Source: an uncultured Chloroflexia bacterium
GTDB lineage: Bacteria; Chloroflexota; Limnocylindria; Limnocylindrales; CSP1-4
Assembly: GCA_963779575.1 (NCBI GenBank)
Contig: CAVZYT010000005.1
Coordinates: 435,440-499,439 of the forward strand
Direction of reading: 5' to 3'
Length of the DNA stretch: 64,000 nucleotides
The notes beneath the pieces are model-generated. The model searched no databases and was not told the origin of the DNA. It saw nothing but the letters and a program-made list of their open reading frames with translations. Positions 41,040-50,915 of this stretch are shown in pieces; positions within the stretch are counted from its first letter, which is position 1, and the number at the start of each line of letters is the position of its first letter. A program made the position numbers and the translations under genes.

Positions 41040-41074
41040 AAGGATCGACGGCGAGGTGTAGGGTTTGCGCAGTC

Positions 41075-41809
41075 ATGGGGGCGAACTTGCGCGACCCGGT
41101 CGTCCGCACGGCCATCTGGTCGTCGCACCTTGCAGGGGTTCCGGAGCGGCTCCTCGCGCCGCTGGTCGACGACGCGGTCCGCCTCGTGGTCCCGGCCGGC
41201 TCCCTGGTCCGCCGCGAGGGTCAATCGGGCCCGCACGTGGAGCTCGTCATCTCGGGGCTGGTGCGGGTCTTCGTCTCCTCGCCCGACGGCCGGACACTCA
41301 CCGTGCGCTACTGCCGCCCCGGTGCGCTGATCGGCGTGGTGTCCCTGTTCCAACCGGACTACGTGATGCTCGGCAGCCTCCAGGCACTGGTGGACACCGA
41401 GCTGCTCGTGCTGCGCGCGGATGCCGTTCGCACGATGTGCGACGAGGACCACGCGATGGCCGGGGCCGTCATCGCCGAGCTCAGCGAGCGCGTCTATCGC
41501 TTCGTGGCGGAGATTCCCGGCGCATCGTTCGCGACCGTCCGGCAGCGGGTCGCCCGCCACCTGCTCGATCTCGCCTCGGAGCGTCAGCAGGGCGCCCTGC
41601 TGGTCGCGCAGATCAGCCAGCAGGCGCTCGCCGACGCCGTTGGCAGCGTCCGCGAGGTGGTCGTCCGCGCGCTCGGCGAGCTGCGCCGCGAGGGACTCGT
41701 TGAGACTGGCACCGGCGGCATCCGCATCCTCGATCCGGACCGGCTGGCGGCAGACGTCTTCGCCGGGCCTGTGACCGAGGTTCCAGTTCCCGCGCACCCA
41801 GGTCGCTGA
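41075..41809 (+). CDS. Crp/Fnr family transcriptional regulator
   Basis: cNMP-binding barrel (LVRREGQSGPHVELVISGLVRVFVSSPDGRTLTVRYCRPGALIG) and C-terminal HTH (ISQQALADAVGSVREVVVRALGELRREGLV). Confidence 0.85.
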   Translation: MGANLRDPVVRTAIWSSHLAGVPERLLAPLVDDAVRLVVPAGSLVRREGQSGPHVELVISGLVRVFVSSPDGRTLTVRYCRPGALIGVVSLFQPDYVMLGSLQALVDTELLVLRADAVRTMCDEDHAMAGAVIAELSERVYRFVAEIPGASFATVRQRVARHLLDLASERQQGALLVAQISQQALADAVGSVREVVVRALGELRREGLVETGTGGIRILDPDRLAADVFAGPVTEVPVPAHPGR

Positions 41810-42215
41810 CGCGCGACTGGCATCCACGCAGCATCGGGCGACGCAAGCCGATCACGGCCGCGATCGCACGCCGGGGGCCACCGATGAGCTACTCGTTCCT
41901 GATCCTGACCACGTTGCCGCGGCGTCGGTCGACCTGAGCGAGCGCACGGCGATCCTCGCCGCCCGACGGGAGGAAGCACTGGAGGCTCGCGCCGCCGCCG
42001 CGTCCTCGGATTCTGGCGGGGCCGGGCCCGCTCCGGTCGGAGGGCCAGCCGAGCGGCGCGTGTACTTCGGCTGGGTCGATCGCCTGGGTCGCGCGCACTT
42101 CTGGCCCGGGCTGCTGCGCGCCAGACGCGTGCGCTGACGTCGCCCAGGGCTCCGCCGGCGGCCCGAGGGGCGACACGACCGGACACGGGGTGCGTACACG
42201 CGGCAGACTGCTGCG

Positions 42216-43034
42216 GTGGAGACGCCGCACGGACCCGACGACGCCGAGCTCGCGCGTCTCGCGCTAGCCAACGAGGTCGACCTCTGGTCGCGGAGCGTCG
42301 CCTATGCGCCGGCCGGTGCGTCGGGGCGGGTCGGGAGCGCCGCGTGGTTCACGAGCGGTCTGCCGCTGCCGTTCTTCAACCAGGTGCTGACCGTCGCCGA
42401 GCCCGCCGACGCGGCCTCGGTGCAGGAGGGCGTCGCGCAGCTTCGCGCGCGCCGCGTCCCGTTCCAGGTCCGCATCCGATCACGCCTCGACGACGAACTC
42501 GTCCCGGTGCTCGAGGCGCTCGGGCTGCACGAGGACCCGGACGAGGCGTTCCCCGCGATGACGCTGTACCCGATTCCGGACGCCATCGCCGCACCCGACG
42601 GGTGGCCCCCCGGGCTCGAGGTCCGGCGCGCGAACGACGCGGCGAGCCTCGCCGATCACGTCAACGTCGTGGCCGCCGCGTTCGGCCTGCCGCTCGAGAT
42701 TGCGCGCCAGTTCCTCGTGCTCGACGAGCTCGCGATGCCCGGGTTCGAGCTGTACGCCGGCTACGTGGATGGCCGCGCCGTGTCGAGCTCGCTGGGCTTC
42801 ACGGCGGGCGGCACCGTCGGCATCTACAACGTCGCGACGCTGCGCGAGGCCCGCGGGCTCGGACTGGGTGGCGCGCTGACCAGGCACGCGATCGCCGAGG
42901 GCCGGCGCCAGGGCGCGACCGTCTCGATCCTCCAGGCATCGGCGATGGGCCGGCACCTGTACGAGACGATCGGGTTCCGCGAGGTGCTCATGTTCCGCGT
43001 GTTCGGCGAGACGCCCGAGGGCGCGGCAGGGTGA
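42216..43034 (+). CDS. GNAT family N-acetyltransferase
   Basis: C-terminal GTVGIYNVATLREARGLGLGGALTRHAI...ILQASAMGRHLYETIGF. Confidence 0.75.
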   Translation: METPHGPDDAELARLALANEVDLWSRSVAYAPAGASGRVGSAAWFTSGLPLPFFNQVLTVAEPADAASVQEGVAQLRARRVPFQVRIRSRLDDELVPVLEALGLHEDPDEAFPAMTLYPIPDAIAAPDGWPPGLEVRRANDAASLADHVNVVAAAFGLPLEIARQFLVLDELAMPGFELYAGYVDGRAVSSSLGFTAGGTVGIYNVATLREARGLGLGGALTRHAIAEGRRQGATVSILQASAMGRHLYETIGFREVLMFRVFGETPEGAAG

Positions 43035-44794
43035 GCGCCTTCGAGGACCTCCTGCCTGCGGTCGACGCGCGGTTCGAGCGACTCCAGCGCGAGTCGCGGA
43101 TCCCGGGCGTGGCGTGGGGCGTCGTTCGTGACGGGCGGCTCGCCCATGCCGCGGGCGCCGGCACGATCCGCGACGGCGACGAGCGGCGACCCGACGCCGA
43201 CGCCGTGTTCCGGATCGCCTCGATGACGAAGTCGTTCACCGCGACCGCGATCCTGCTGCTGCGCGACGAGGGGCGGCTGGGGCTCGACGACCCGGTCGGG
43301 AGCCACGTGCCTGCCCTGGCGGGCTGGCGTCCATCGACGACGGACTCGCCGCCCGTCACGATCCGCCAGCTGCTCACGATGTCGGCCGGACTCGCCACCG
43401 ACGACCCGTGGGGCGATCGCCAGCAGGGCCTGCCGCTCGATGCCTTCGAGCGACTGCTGGCGGCCGGTCCGCCGTTGACCTGGCCGCCGGGCACGACGTT
43501 CGAGTACTCGAACCTGGGCTACGGGATCCTCGGCCGGGTGGTCACCAACGCCGGCGGGCAGGAGTACCGCGAGTTCGTGCGCGACATGATCCTGGTGCCG
43601 TTGGGCATGGCCTCGACCGCGTACCGGGCCGAGGACGTGGACGAGAACCGCCTCGCCCACGGGTATGTCCGCCAGGACGACGCGCTCGTCCGGGAGGGCA
43701 TGGACCCGTACGGCGCCCTGGCGTCGATGGGCGGCGTGTTCACGACGGTCGGCGATCTCGCCCGCTGGGTGGCCGGCTTCATCGACGCGTTTCCTGCGCG
43801 CGACGACCCGGAGGGGCCGCACCCGCTTCGCCGTTCGTCGCGGCGCGAGATGCAGCAGGCCCACCGGCTCGTCCCGCCCGTCCTGCCCGCCCGCCCGGCT
43901 CACGAGGCGCCAGTCGCCGACGTGCTGGCATACGGGTTCGGGCTGGTCGTGCACGCGGACACCGAGCTCGGGACGGTGATCTCCCACGGCGGCGGCTACC
44001 CGGGCTTCGGATCGCACATGGCCTGGCATCCGGCGACGGGCCTGGGCGTGATCGGCCTCGGGAACCTGCGCTACGCCCCGTGCCGCCCGGTGGTCGCCGA
44101 ACAGCTGCGGGCGCTCGTCCTCGCCGATGCGGTCCCGCGGCGGCGGGTTGCGCCGTCGGGCGACGTCGCGCGGTACCGGCCGATCGTCGAGCGACTCCTT
44201 GCGTCGTGGGACAACGCCACGGCCGACGCCGCGTTCGCGATGAACATGGACCTCGACGAGCCTCGCGAGCGCCGGCGCGCGGCGATCGAGCACGTCGCGG
44301 CCGAGCTGGGCCCATTCCAGGCGGACAGCGCGCGGCCCGATGAGTCGGTCTCGCCCGCACACTTGGCCTGGTGGCTGCGCGGGGAGCGCGGCTGGGTCCA
44401 GCTCTCGATCCTCGTGACGCCCGAGCCGCGGCCGCTCGTCCAGCAGCTCACGGTCACGGCCGTCCACGACCCGTCGCCGGCATTGCGCGCGATCGCCGAA
44501 CGCCTGCTCGCCCTCGCCGCCCAGCCCGATCCCGGATGGCCAGCGGACCTCCCCGCCGGCCCCGACCTCGACATCGACGCCGTCAGGCGGTCCCTGCGCG
44601 CCGCCGGCGCCCGGTTCGGGCCGATGCGGCTCGGGCTCCCGACGGCGGGCGACGGCGCGACGACGGCCACGTTCGGGGTCGACGGCGACGACGGGAAGGC
44701 CGTGCTCGCCGTCACGGTTGATGCCGGGACGGGCGCTGTCACCGCCCTGACGCTATCGGCCGCCGAACGCGAAGCGCCCGCGGAAGCCTGGTAG
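43031..44794 (+). CDS. serine hydrolase (class C beta-lactamase/penicillin-binding family) with an extra C-terminal domain
   Basis: GTGA overlap with the GNAT gene. FRIASMTKSFTA (SxxK), YSNLGYGILG (YxN), SHGGGYPGF. Confidence 0.8.
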   Translation: MSAFEDLLPAVDARFERLQRESRIPGVAWGVVRDGRLAHAAGAGTIRDGDERRPDADAVFRIASMTKSFTATAILLLRDEGRLGLDDPVGSHVPALAGWRPSTTDSPPVTIRQLLTMSAGLATDDPWGDRQQGLPLDAFERLLAAGPPLTWPPGTTFEYSNLGYGILGRVVTNAGGQEYREFVRDMILVPLGMASTAYRAEDVDENRLAHGYVRQDDALVREGMDPYGALASMGGVFTTVGDLARWVAGFIDAFPARDDPEGPHPLRRSSRREMQQAHRLVPPVLPARPAHEAPVADVLAYGFGLVVHADTELGTVISHGGGYPGFGSHMAWHPATGLGVIGLGNLRYAPCRPVVAEQLRALVLADAVPRRRVAPSGDVARYRPIVERLLASWDNATADAAFAMNMDLDEPRERRRAAIEHVAAELGPFQADSARPDESVSPAHLAWWLRGERGWVQLSILVTPEPRPLVQQLTVTAVHDPSPALRAIAERLLALAAQPDPGWPADLPAGPDLDIDAVRRSLRAAGARFGPMRLGLPTAGDGATTATFGVDGDDGKAVLAVTVDAGTGAVTALTLSAAEREAPAEAW

Positions 44795-44815
44795 GGGCGA
44801 TCCCGTCGCCTCGCG

Positions 44816-45430
44816 TCAGCGCCAGAGGTCGGGCGCGTCGACGGTGGTGCCGATCGAGCCCGCCAGCCGCGCGAGCACCGCGAACCAGTCGAACCGGCTC
44901 GTGATCTCCGAGGCCCGCAGGGTGATGAGGCGCTCGACGGCGACCAGCCCCGGCAGCACCCGGTCGAGGATGGCCTCGACCTCGTCCCGGAAGGCGTCGT
45001 TCGTCGATCGCACGCCGTCGGCCTGGAGGGCGACGTCGGGGAGCAGGCGGACGACGAGGTCGTAGGTCGCGGACCAGCGGCGCACGAGCGGCTCGACCGC
45101 GTACTCGTCCGTGCCGCCGCACGACCGCAGGTAGTAGGCGAAGTTGTCCATGACGCCGCGGTCGGTGGCCAGGATGTCGGCCCGGCGCGCGAGCTCGAGC
45201 TCCTGGCGGATCTGGGTGACCAGCACCCACAGCTGTGCCTCGCCCGTCGCGCCCTCGTTGATGCCCAGCGGGTTGTCGCGCACGACCTCGCGCCCGAGCT
45301 CCACGGACCGACCCGCGCGCTGCGCCTCGGCCGCGAACGCGAGCAGCGCCGATGTCTTGCGGATCCCGTGCGAGCCGATGAACGCGATCTTGGCCGGACG
45401 CGGCCAAGCGGGAACGGCAGATGGCGACAT
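44816..45430 (-). CDS. P-loop NTPase-like hypothetical protein
   Basis: KIAFIGSHGIRKTS (Walker A-like); 204 aa, 35 nt downstream of pntB on the same strand. Confidence 0.6.
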   Translation of the reverse strand: MSPSAVPAWPRPAKIAFIGSHGIRKTSALLAFAAEAQRAGRSVELGREVVRDNPLGINEGATGEAQLWVLVTQIRQELELARRADILATDRGVMDNFAYYLRSCGGTDEYAVEPLVRRWSATYDLVVRLLPDVALQADGVRSTNDAFRDEVEAILDRVLPGLVAVERLITLRASEITSRFDWFAVLARLAGSIGTTVDAPDLWR

Positions 45431-45465
45431 GCTGCTGCAAGCCTAGGTGCGCGGAGGTCCCGCCG

Positions 45466-46902
45466 CTACAGCGCCTTGACGGCCGCCGTGAGGGCGGCGA
45501 GGCCGTCCTTCGCGTCGGCGAACAGCATCCCGGTCTTGGGATCGCTGTACAGCTCGTTGTCGATGCCCGCGTAGCCCTTGCCCATCGAGCGCTTGATCAC
45601 GACGATGGACTTGGCGTGGTCCACGTCGAGGATCGGCATCCCCGAGACCGGCGAGCCGGGCCGCCGGGCCGCCGGGTTCGTCACGTCGTTGGCGCCGATG
45701 ACCAGCGCCACGTCGCAGCGGTCGAACTCGGGGTTGATGTCGTCCATCTCCTTGAGCTGGGGATAGGGGACATTGGCCTCGGCGAGCAGGACGTTCATGT
45801 GCCCGGGCATCCGGCCGGCGACCGGGTGGATCGCGTACTTGACGTCGACGCCGCGGTCCTCGAGCAGCTCGGCCAGCTCACGCACGGCGTGCTGGGCCTG
45901 GGCCACCGCGAGGCCGTAGCCCGGGACGATGATCACGGACTGGGCGTAGGCGAGCTGGATGGCCACGTCGTCCGCGCCGATCTCGCGCACCGTGCCGCCG
46001 GCGCCGGCGATCGCCCCCGTCGCGTCGTCACCGCCGCCGAAACCGCCGACCATGATGTTCATGACCGACCGGTTCATGGCGTCGGCCATGAGCTTGGTCA
46101 GGATCGCGCCCGAGGCGCCGACGAGGGCGCCCGAGATGATGAGCACGGGGTTGCCGAGCACGAACCCGGCCATCGCCGCGGCCGTGCCGGTGAACGAGTT
46201 CAGCAGGCTGATGACGACGGGCATATCCGCGCCGCCGATCGGCAGGACCATCGTGATCCCGAAGATCAGCCCCGACAGCACGACGAGCCCGAGGACGACG
46301 AGGGTGACCTCGCTGCTCAGCGTGATCGCGCCGGCCGCCCCCGCGATGAGCGCCACGGTGCCCAGGACCGCCACGATCGCAAGGGCCACCGTGATGAACC
46401 GCCCACCGGGCAGGAAGATCGGCTTGCCTGGGATCAGCCCCTGGAGCTTGCCGCCGGCGATGAGCGATCCGGTGAAGGTGATCGAGCCGATGAGGGCGCC
46501 GAGGACGACGAAGATCGTCGTGTCGACCGCCGCCCCGTTGGACAGGCGGATGAAGTCGTCGATGGCGACCAGGGCCGCCGCGCCACCGCCGACCGCGTTG
46601 AACAGCGACACCAGCTGCGGCATCGCGGTCATCTTCACGGTGCGCGCGGTGTACAGGCCCGCGCCGCCGCCGATCAGGAAGCCGACGACGATGATCGCGA
46701 GGGCGATCCCCGACAGCCCGCCTTCACGGGTGAGCAGCCAGACGAAGGTCGCCACGACGGCGATCACCATGCCCGCGGCGCTCAGCTGGTTGCCGCTGCG
46801 CCCGGTCGCAGGCGAGTTCATGCGATGGAGGCCCAGCACGAAGCACGAGGCCCCCACCAGCCAGGCGAGATAGACGAAGGTGTAGATCCACTCCTGTGAC
46901 AT
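45466..46902 (-). CDS. pntB: NAD(P) transhydrogenase subunit beta
   Basis: Intact 478-aa ORF with multi-TM N-terminus. dIII motifs PGYGLAVAQAQH, HPVAGRMPGHMNVLLAEA, VIGANDVTNPAA. Confidence 0.92.
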   Translation of the reverse strand: MSQEWIYTFVYLAWLVGASCFVLGLHRMNSPATGRSGNQLSAAGMVIAVVATFVWLLTREGGLSGIALAIIVVGFLIGGGAGLYTARTVKMTAMPQLVSLFNAVGGGAAALVAIDDFIRLSNGAAVDTTIFVVLGALIGSITFTGSLIAGGKLQGLIPGKPIFLPGGRFITVALAIVAVLGTVALIAGAAGAITLSSEVTLVVLGLVVLSGLIFGITMVLPIGGADMPVVISLLNSFTGTAAAMAGFVLGNPVLIISGALVGASGAILTKLMADAMNRSVMNIMVGGFGGGDDATGAIAGAGGTVREIGADDVAIQLAYAQSVIIVPGYGLAVAQAQHAVRELAELLEDRGVDVKYAIHPVAGRMPGHMNVLLAEANVPYPQLKEMDDINPEFDRCDVALVIGANDVTNPAARRPGSPVSGMPILDVDHAKSIVVIKRSMGKGYAGIDNELYSDPKTGMLFADAKDGLAALTAAVKAL

Positions 46903-46917
46903 CGACCGGCTCCTCGG

Positions 46918-47250
46918 CTAGGCCCCGGGGGCGTCCGTGACGCCCTCGGTCTTGGCCTTGGCGGCCGTCGGCTTCTTGCGGAACATCTGGAGCATCCGGT
47001 CGGTGACCACGTAGCCGCCGACGACGTTCATCGCCCCGAACATCATCGCGATGAACGCGAGGACGTAGCTGACCGGGTTGTCGGCCTCGGACGCGATGAT
47101 CATCGCGCCCACGAGGACGATGCCGTGGATCGAGTTCGCCCCCGACATCAGGGGGGTGTGCAGGGTTGCGGGGACCTTGCTGATGACCTCGAAGCCGACG
47201 AGGATGGCCAGCGTGAAGATGGCCAGCGAGGTGAGGAGTTCCTGGCTCAC
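46918..47250 (-). CDS. pntAB: NAD(P) transhydrogenase subunit alpha part 2
   Basis: 110 aa with three TM helices; HTPLMSGANSIHGIVLVGA. Confidence 0.88.
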   Translation of the reverse strand: MSQELLTSLAIFTLAILVGFEVISKVPATLHTPLMSGANSIHGIVLVGAMIIASEADNPVSYVLAFIAMMFGAMNVVGGYVVTDRMLQMFRKKPTAAKAKTEGVTDAPGA

Positions 47251-48416
47251 GCGGGGCCTCCAGCGGCGGCCGGCGCCGGTTCCAGCAGCTTGCGCACGGC
47301 GTCCGAGAGGATCTCGCCGTCGCGGCTGATGACGGTGGACTTGGTGACCTCGTCCTCGAAGTCGAGGTGGAGCGCGCCGTCCTTGACCATCCCGAGCAGC
47401 AGCGCCGAGATGTTGCGGGCGTAGAACGCGGACGCCCCGGCGGGCATCGAGGCCGGGAGGTTGTCCGGGGCGATGATCGTGACGGCGTTGGGGGTCTCGA
47501 TCGTCTCGCCGACCTGCGAGAGCTCGCAGTTGCCGCCAAGCGCGGAGGCGGCCATGTCGACGATCACCGAGCCGGGCTTCATCTGCGCCACGGCCGCAGC
47601 GGTCACCAGGACCGGCGGCTTGCGGCCAGGCACCTGGGCCGTGGTGATCACGACGTCCATGCCACCGATCGCCTCGTTCAGCTCGGCCTGCTGGGCGGCC
47701 CGCTCCTCGGCGGTCAGCTCGCGGGCGTAGCCGCCCGCGCCGGTCGCGTCGATGGTGGTCTTGAGCTTCACGAACTTGGCACCCAGGCTCTCCGCCTGCT
47801 CGCGGGTCTCGGGCCGCACGTCGTAGGCGTGGACGACGGCACCGAGGCGCTTCGCCGTCCCGATGGCCTGCAGGCCCGCGACGCCGATCCCGAGGATCAG
47901 CACGTTGGCGGGCTTCGCGGTCCCCGCGGCGGTCGTCAGCAGCGGGAAGTAGCGCGGGTAGGCGTTGGCCGCGATCAGGACCGCCTTGTAGCCGCCGACG
48001 TTGGCCTGTGACGAGAGCGCGTCCATCGTCTGCGCGCGGCTCAGCGTGCGCGGGATCGCGTCGAGGCTGATCGCCGTCACGCCCGCGTCCGCGAGCGCCT
48101 TGGCGCCCGCCGGGTCGATGAGCGGCTGCAGGAAGCCCACGAGCGCCTGGCCCTTGCGCAGCCGGCCGACTTCGGTCGCGCTCGGCTTCTGGACCTTGAG
48201 CACGACATCCGACTGCGCATACAGGGCGTCCGTGGGGACGACCGTCGCGCCGGCGTCGGCGAACGCCTGATCGGGGATGGCGGCACCGGCACCGGCGCCT
48301 TGCTCGACGAGGATCTCCAGCCCGGCAGCCGTGAGCTTGCCGAGCGCCTCGGGCACCAGGGCGACACGGCGCTCGCCGGCGGCCGTCTCCCTGGCGACGC
48401 CGACTTTCATGGGCAT
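47247..48416 (-). CDS. pntAA: NAD(P) transhydrogenase subunit alpha part 1 (dI)
   Basis: KVGVARETAAGERRVALVPE..., MDALSSQANVGGYKAV, ILGIGVAGLQAIGTAKRLGA (Rossmann). Start at ATG 48416 or 48410. Confidence 0.9.
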   Translation of the reverse strand: MPMKVGVARETAAGERRVALVPEALGKLTAAGLEILVEQGAGAGAAIPDQAFADAGATVVPTDALYAQSDVVLKVQKPSATEVGRLRKGQALVGFLQPLIDPAGAKALADAGVTAISLDAIPRTLSRAQTMDALSSQANVGGYKAVLIAANAYPRYFPLLTTAAGTAKPANVLILGIGVAGLQAIGTAKRLGAVVHAYDVRPETREQAESLGAKFVKLKTTIDATGAGGYARELTAEERAAQQAELNEAIGGMDVVITTAQVPGRKPPVLVTAAAVAQMKPGSVIVDMAASALGGNCELSQVGETIETPNAVTIIAPDNLPASMPAGASAFYARNISALLLGMVKDGALHLDFEDEVTKSTVISRDGEILSDAVRKLLEPAPAAAGGPA

Positions 48417-48538
48417 CACCGTTCCGTACGCGAAGTTGGTGGACGGCGTGGAGTGTACCGGAGCCGGCCCCCCCGCCAGCGTTGCGGTCCGGTAGCGGCG
48501 CGGCGCCTGGGGTCGTCCCGGGCGCCGCGCCGAGGGCG

Positions 48539-48949
48539 CTACTTGAAGGTCAGCGTGGCGTCCTCCGCCGCGGTGATCGTCAGCTGGCCGCTCGCGATCG
48601 CGTAGCTCTTCGCAGTCGCGAGGCCCGCCGCGAACAGGGCGTCGAGCGAGTCGTCGCCGCAGGCGGCGAGCGTCATCGGCCCGGGGACGATCGTCAGGCC
48701 ACCCGACGACGTGGTCGTGTAGGTGCCCGACATCTGGTTGCAGTCGACCTTCGAGCTGAAGCTGCCGTCCGACTTGAACTCGATGGTGTAGTTCTCGGGA
48801 TCCGGCACGACCGACTGCGACGCCGGCACCTTGGTCGTCGACGCGGTCCACTGCCACGTCTTGCCGGTGAGCCCGGCACTCGAGGAACACGCCCCGAGCA
48901 GCGTGACGGCGCTCACCGCGAGCACGATCAGAATCATGAGTCTTCGCAT
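48539..48949 (-). CDS. META domain (HslJ-like) lipoprotein
   Basis: MRRLMILIVLAVSAVTLLGAC lipobox; GKTWQW...YTIEFKSDGSFSSKVDCNQMSGTY...MTLAAC. Confidence 0.75.
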   Translation of the reverse strand: MRRLMILIVLAVSAVTLLGACSSSAGLTGKTWQWTASTTKVPASQSVVPDPENYTIEFKSDGSFSSKVDCNQMSGTYTTTSSGGLTIVPGPMTLAACGDDSLDALFAAGLATAKSYAIASGQLTITAAEDATLTFK

Positions 48950-49076
48950 TGAGATGGTTTCTCCCCGATCTGGTTGGCGAGCGCCCGGCGCACGGCCACG
49001 CGGCTCGCATCCGCACTCCCTCGTTCGCACGAACGCGGGTGAGGGGACGATCGGGCAGCCGGGCGCCGTATGTCAA

Positions 49077-49111
49077 GGAACCTTCACCTTCGTCTCAGGG
49101 AACCCTCATCT
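49077..49111 (+). promoter_or_regulatory. two 13-nt direct repeats GGAACC(T/C)TCA(C/T)CT, 22 bp apart, upstream of htrA
   Basis: GGAACCTTCACCT at 49077-49089 and GGAACCCTCATCT at 49099-49111. The second is followed after 17 nt by CGGTT, an ECF-like GGAAC...GTT geometry. Confidence 0.4.
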
Positions 49112-49188
49112 GCCTTGGGCACGGTTTGAGGTGCAACCCGGGATCCCATCGCGTCGTCGTCCAGAGCACCGCCCGGGCGGAAGGAACC

Positions 49189-50712
49189 ATGACCGAACCG
49201 ATTCAGCCTTCGACGCCCGGCTTCCCGCCCCCGGCGCCGACCGCCGCGTCCTCCGAGGACGCCACCCAGCCGGTGTTCCCGCCGACGTGGACGCCCGCGC
49301 CGAAGTTCGCACCCCCCGCGAGCCCCGCGCCGATGTTCGCGCCGCCCGAGAACGCAGTGCCGGCATCCACCACCTGGGCCCAGCCGCCGGCCCCGGCCCG
49401 CCCGCGGAACGGCCGCGGCGTCGGCCCGGCCGTCCTGCTGAGCGCGGTGCTGGGCACGGCCGTCCTCGCCTCCGGCGGGACGTACCTCGCCCTCTCGACG
49501 ACCGGCGATCACGCCCAGAACACGGCCAAGGTCGGAGCCGCGGCACCGTCGCAAGCCGCCGGCAGCAATGCTTCGGGCGGCGTCGCGCAGCCTCCGGCTA
49601 CGCAGCCCGGCGTGCCGGCCCCGACCGCCCCGACGGGCCAGGCCGCGCCGCCGGCCGTCGCGGGCTCGCTCGTCGACATCGTGAAGCAGGTCAGCCCGGC
49701 CGTGGTCACGATCACCGCCGAGGGCATCACCGCCACTGACCCGACCACCGGCCAGACCGGCCAGGGCGTCGCGATGGGCTCGGGCGTGATCTTCGACGCG
49801 AACGGCCTGATCCTCACCAACCACCACGTCGTGTCGGGCAACCCGTCCAAGCTGACGGTCACCCTCAAGGACGGCCGCACCTTCGACGCCACGATCTACG
49901 GCATCGACACCCTCACCGACCTCGCGATCATCAAGGTCAACCAGACCGGGCTCCCGACGGCCCCGATCGGCGACTCGTCGACCGTCCAGGTCGGCCAGCA
50001 GGCCATCGCGATCGGCAGCCCGCTCGGCCAGTTCTCCGACTCGGTCACCAGCGGGATCATCTCCGCGCTCGGCCGCAGCATCGACGTCGAGGGCGGCCAC
50101 CTGTCCAACCTCATCCAGACCGACACCGCGATCAACCCGGGCAACAGCGGCGGACCGCTGCTCGACCCCAGCGGCAAGGTCATCGGGATCAACACCGCGG
50201 TGGCCGGCGACAGCCAGGGCATCGGGTTCGCGATCCCCATCAACATCGCCCGCCCGATGCTCGCCCAGGCGTCCGCCGGAGAGGCGCTCGCGCGTCCCTG
50301 GCTCGGCGTCCGGTTTGAGACCATCGACCCGACCGTCAAGAAGGCGGCCGGCCTCGGCGCCGACAATGGCGCGTGGATCCCCGACGCCAGCGCGCTCGGC
50401 AGCGGCGCCCAGGGCCAGAACGGCCAGGACCCGAACGGTCTCGGCCAGGACCCGAACTCGCTCGGTCAGAACCCGTTCGACCAGGCGGCCGCCGACCCGG
50501 CGATCGTCCCCGGCGGACCTGCCGATAAGGCCGGCCTCAAGGCCGGCGACATCATCACCGCGGTCAACGGGCAGGCGCTCGACGCCCAGCACCCGCTCGA
50601 CCTCGTGATGAGCCAGCTCGCCCCCGGCCAGACCGCGTCGCTGACCGTCCTCCGGGCCGGGTCGACGATCACGGTCGACGTCCCGCTCGGGACGAGGCCG
50701 ACCGACTCCTAG
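49189..50712 (+). CDS. htrA: HtrA/DegP-family serine protease (S1C) with N-terminal Pro-rich region, TM anchor and C-terminal PDZ
   Basis: GGAAGGA RBS. Catalytic motifs LTNHHVV, TDLAIIKV, GNSGGPLL. PDZ region PGGPADKAGLKAGDIITAVNG. Confidence 0.9.
   Translation: MTEPIQPSTPGFPPPAPTAASSEDATQPVFPPTWTPAPKFAPPASPAPMFAPPENAVPASTTWAQPPAPARPRNGRGVGPAVLLSAVLGTAVLASGGTYLALSTTGDHAQNTAKVGAAAPSQAAGSNASGGVAQPPATQPGVPAPTAPTGQAAPPAVAGSLVDIVKQVSPAVVTITAEGITATDPTTGQTGQGVAMGSGVIFDANGLILTNHHVVSGNPSKLTVTLKDGRTFDATIYGIDTLTDLAIIKVNQTGLPTAPIGDSSTVQVGQQAIAIGSPLGQFSDSVTSGIISALGRSIDVEGGHLSNLIQTDTAINPGNSGGPLLDPSGKVIGINTAVAGDSQGIGFAIPINIARPMLAQASAGEALARPWLGVRFETIDPTVKKAAGLGADNGAWIPDASALGSGAQGQNGQDPNGLGQDPNSLGQNPFDQAAADPAIVPGGPADKAGLKAGDIITAVNGQALDAQHPLDLVMSQLAPGQTASLTVLRAGSTITVDVPLGTRPTDS
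50422..50475 (+). repeat. 21-bp in-frame tandem repeat (about 2.6 units) encoding GQDPNGL/GQDPNSL/GQNP inside htrA
   Basis: ggccaggacccgaacggtctc / ggccaggacccgaactcgctc / ggtcagaacccg. Confidence 0.8.
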
Positions 50713-50725
50713 TCACCGCTCAACC

Positions 50726-50757
50726 AAACGGGGCTCCCCATCGGGAGCCCCGTTTTT
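50726..50757 (+). terminator. intrinsic terminator of htrA
   Basis: AAACGGGGCTCCC-catc-GGGAGCCCCGTTT followed by TT; a 13-bp stem with a U tract. Confidence 0.85.
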
Positions 50758-50915
50758 CGTTCGCCTTGATCCCGTTGTCCGATCGCGCAATATATCGTGC
50801 GACGCTATAGCCAGAGGGCAGGGCTCCCGTGATGTCAAGGGCCGCCGGGACCCGGTGGGTCATACTCGGCGCACGGCACTCCCCGATCACCCCGGCTACC
50901 GAGGACACCAAGAAC

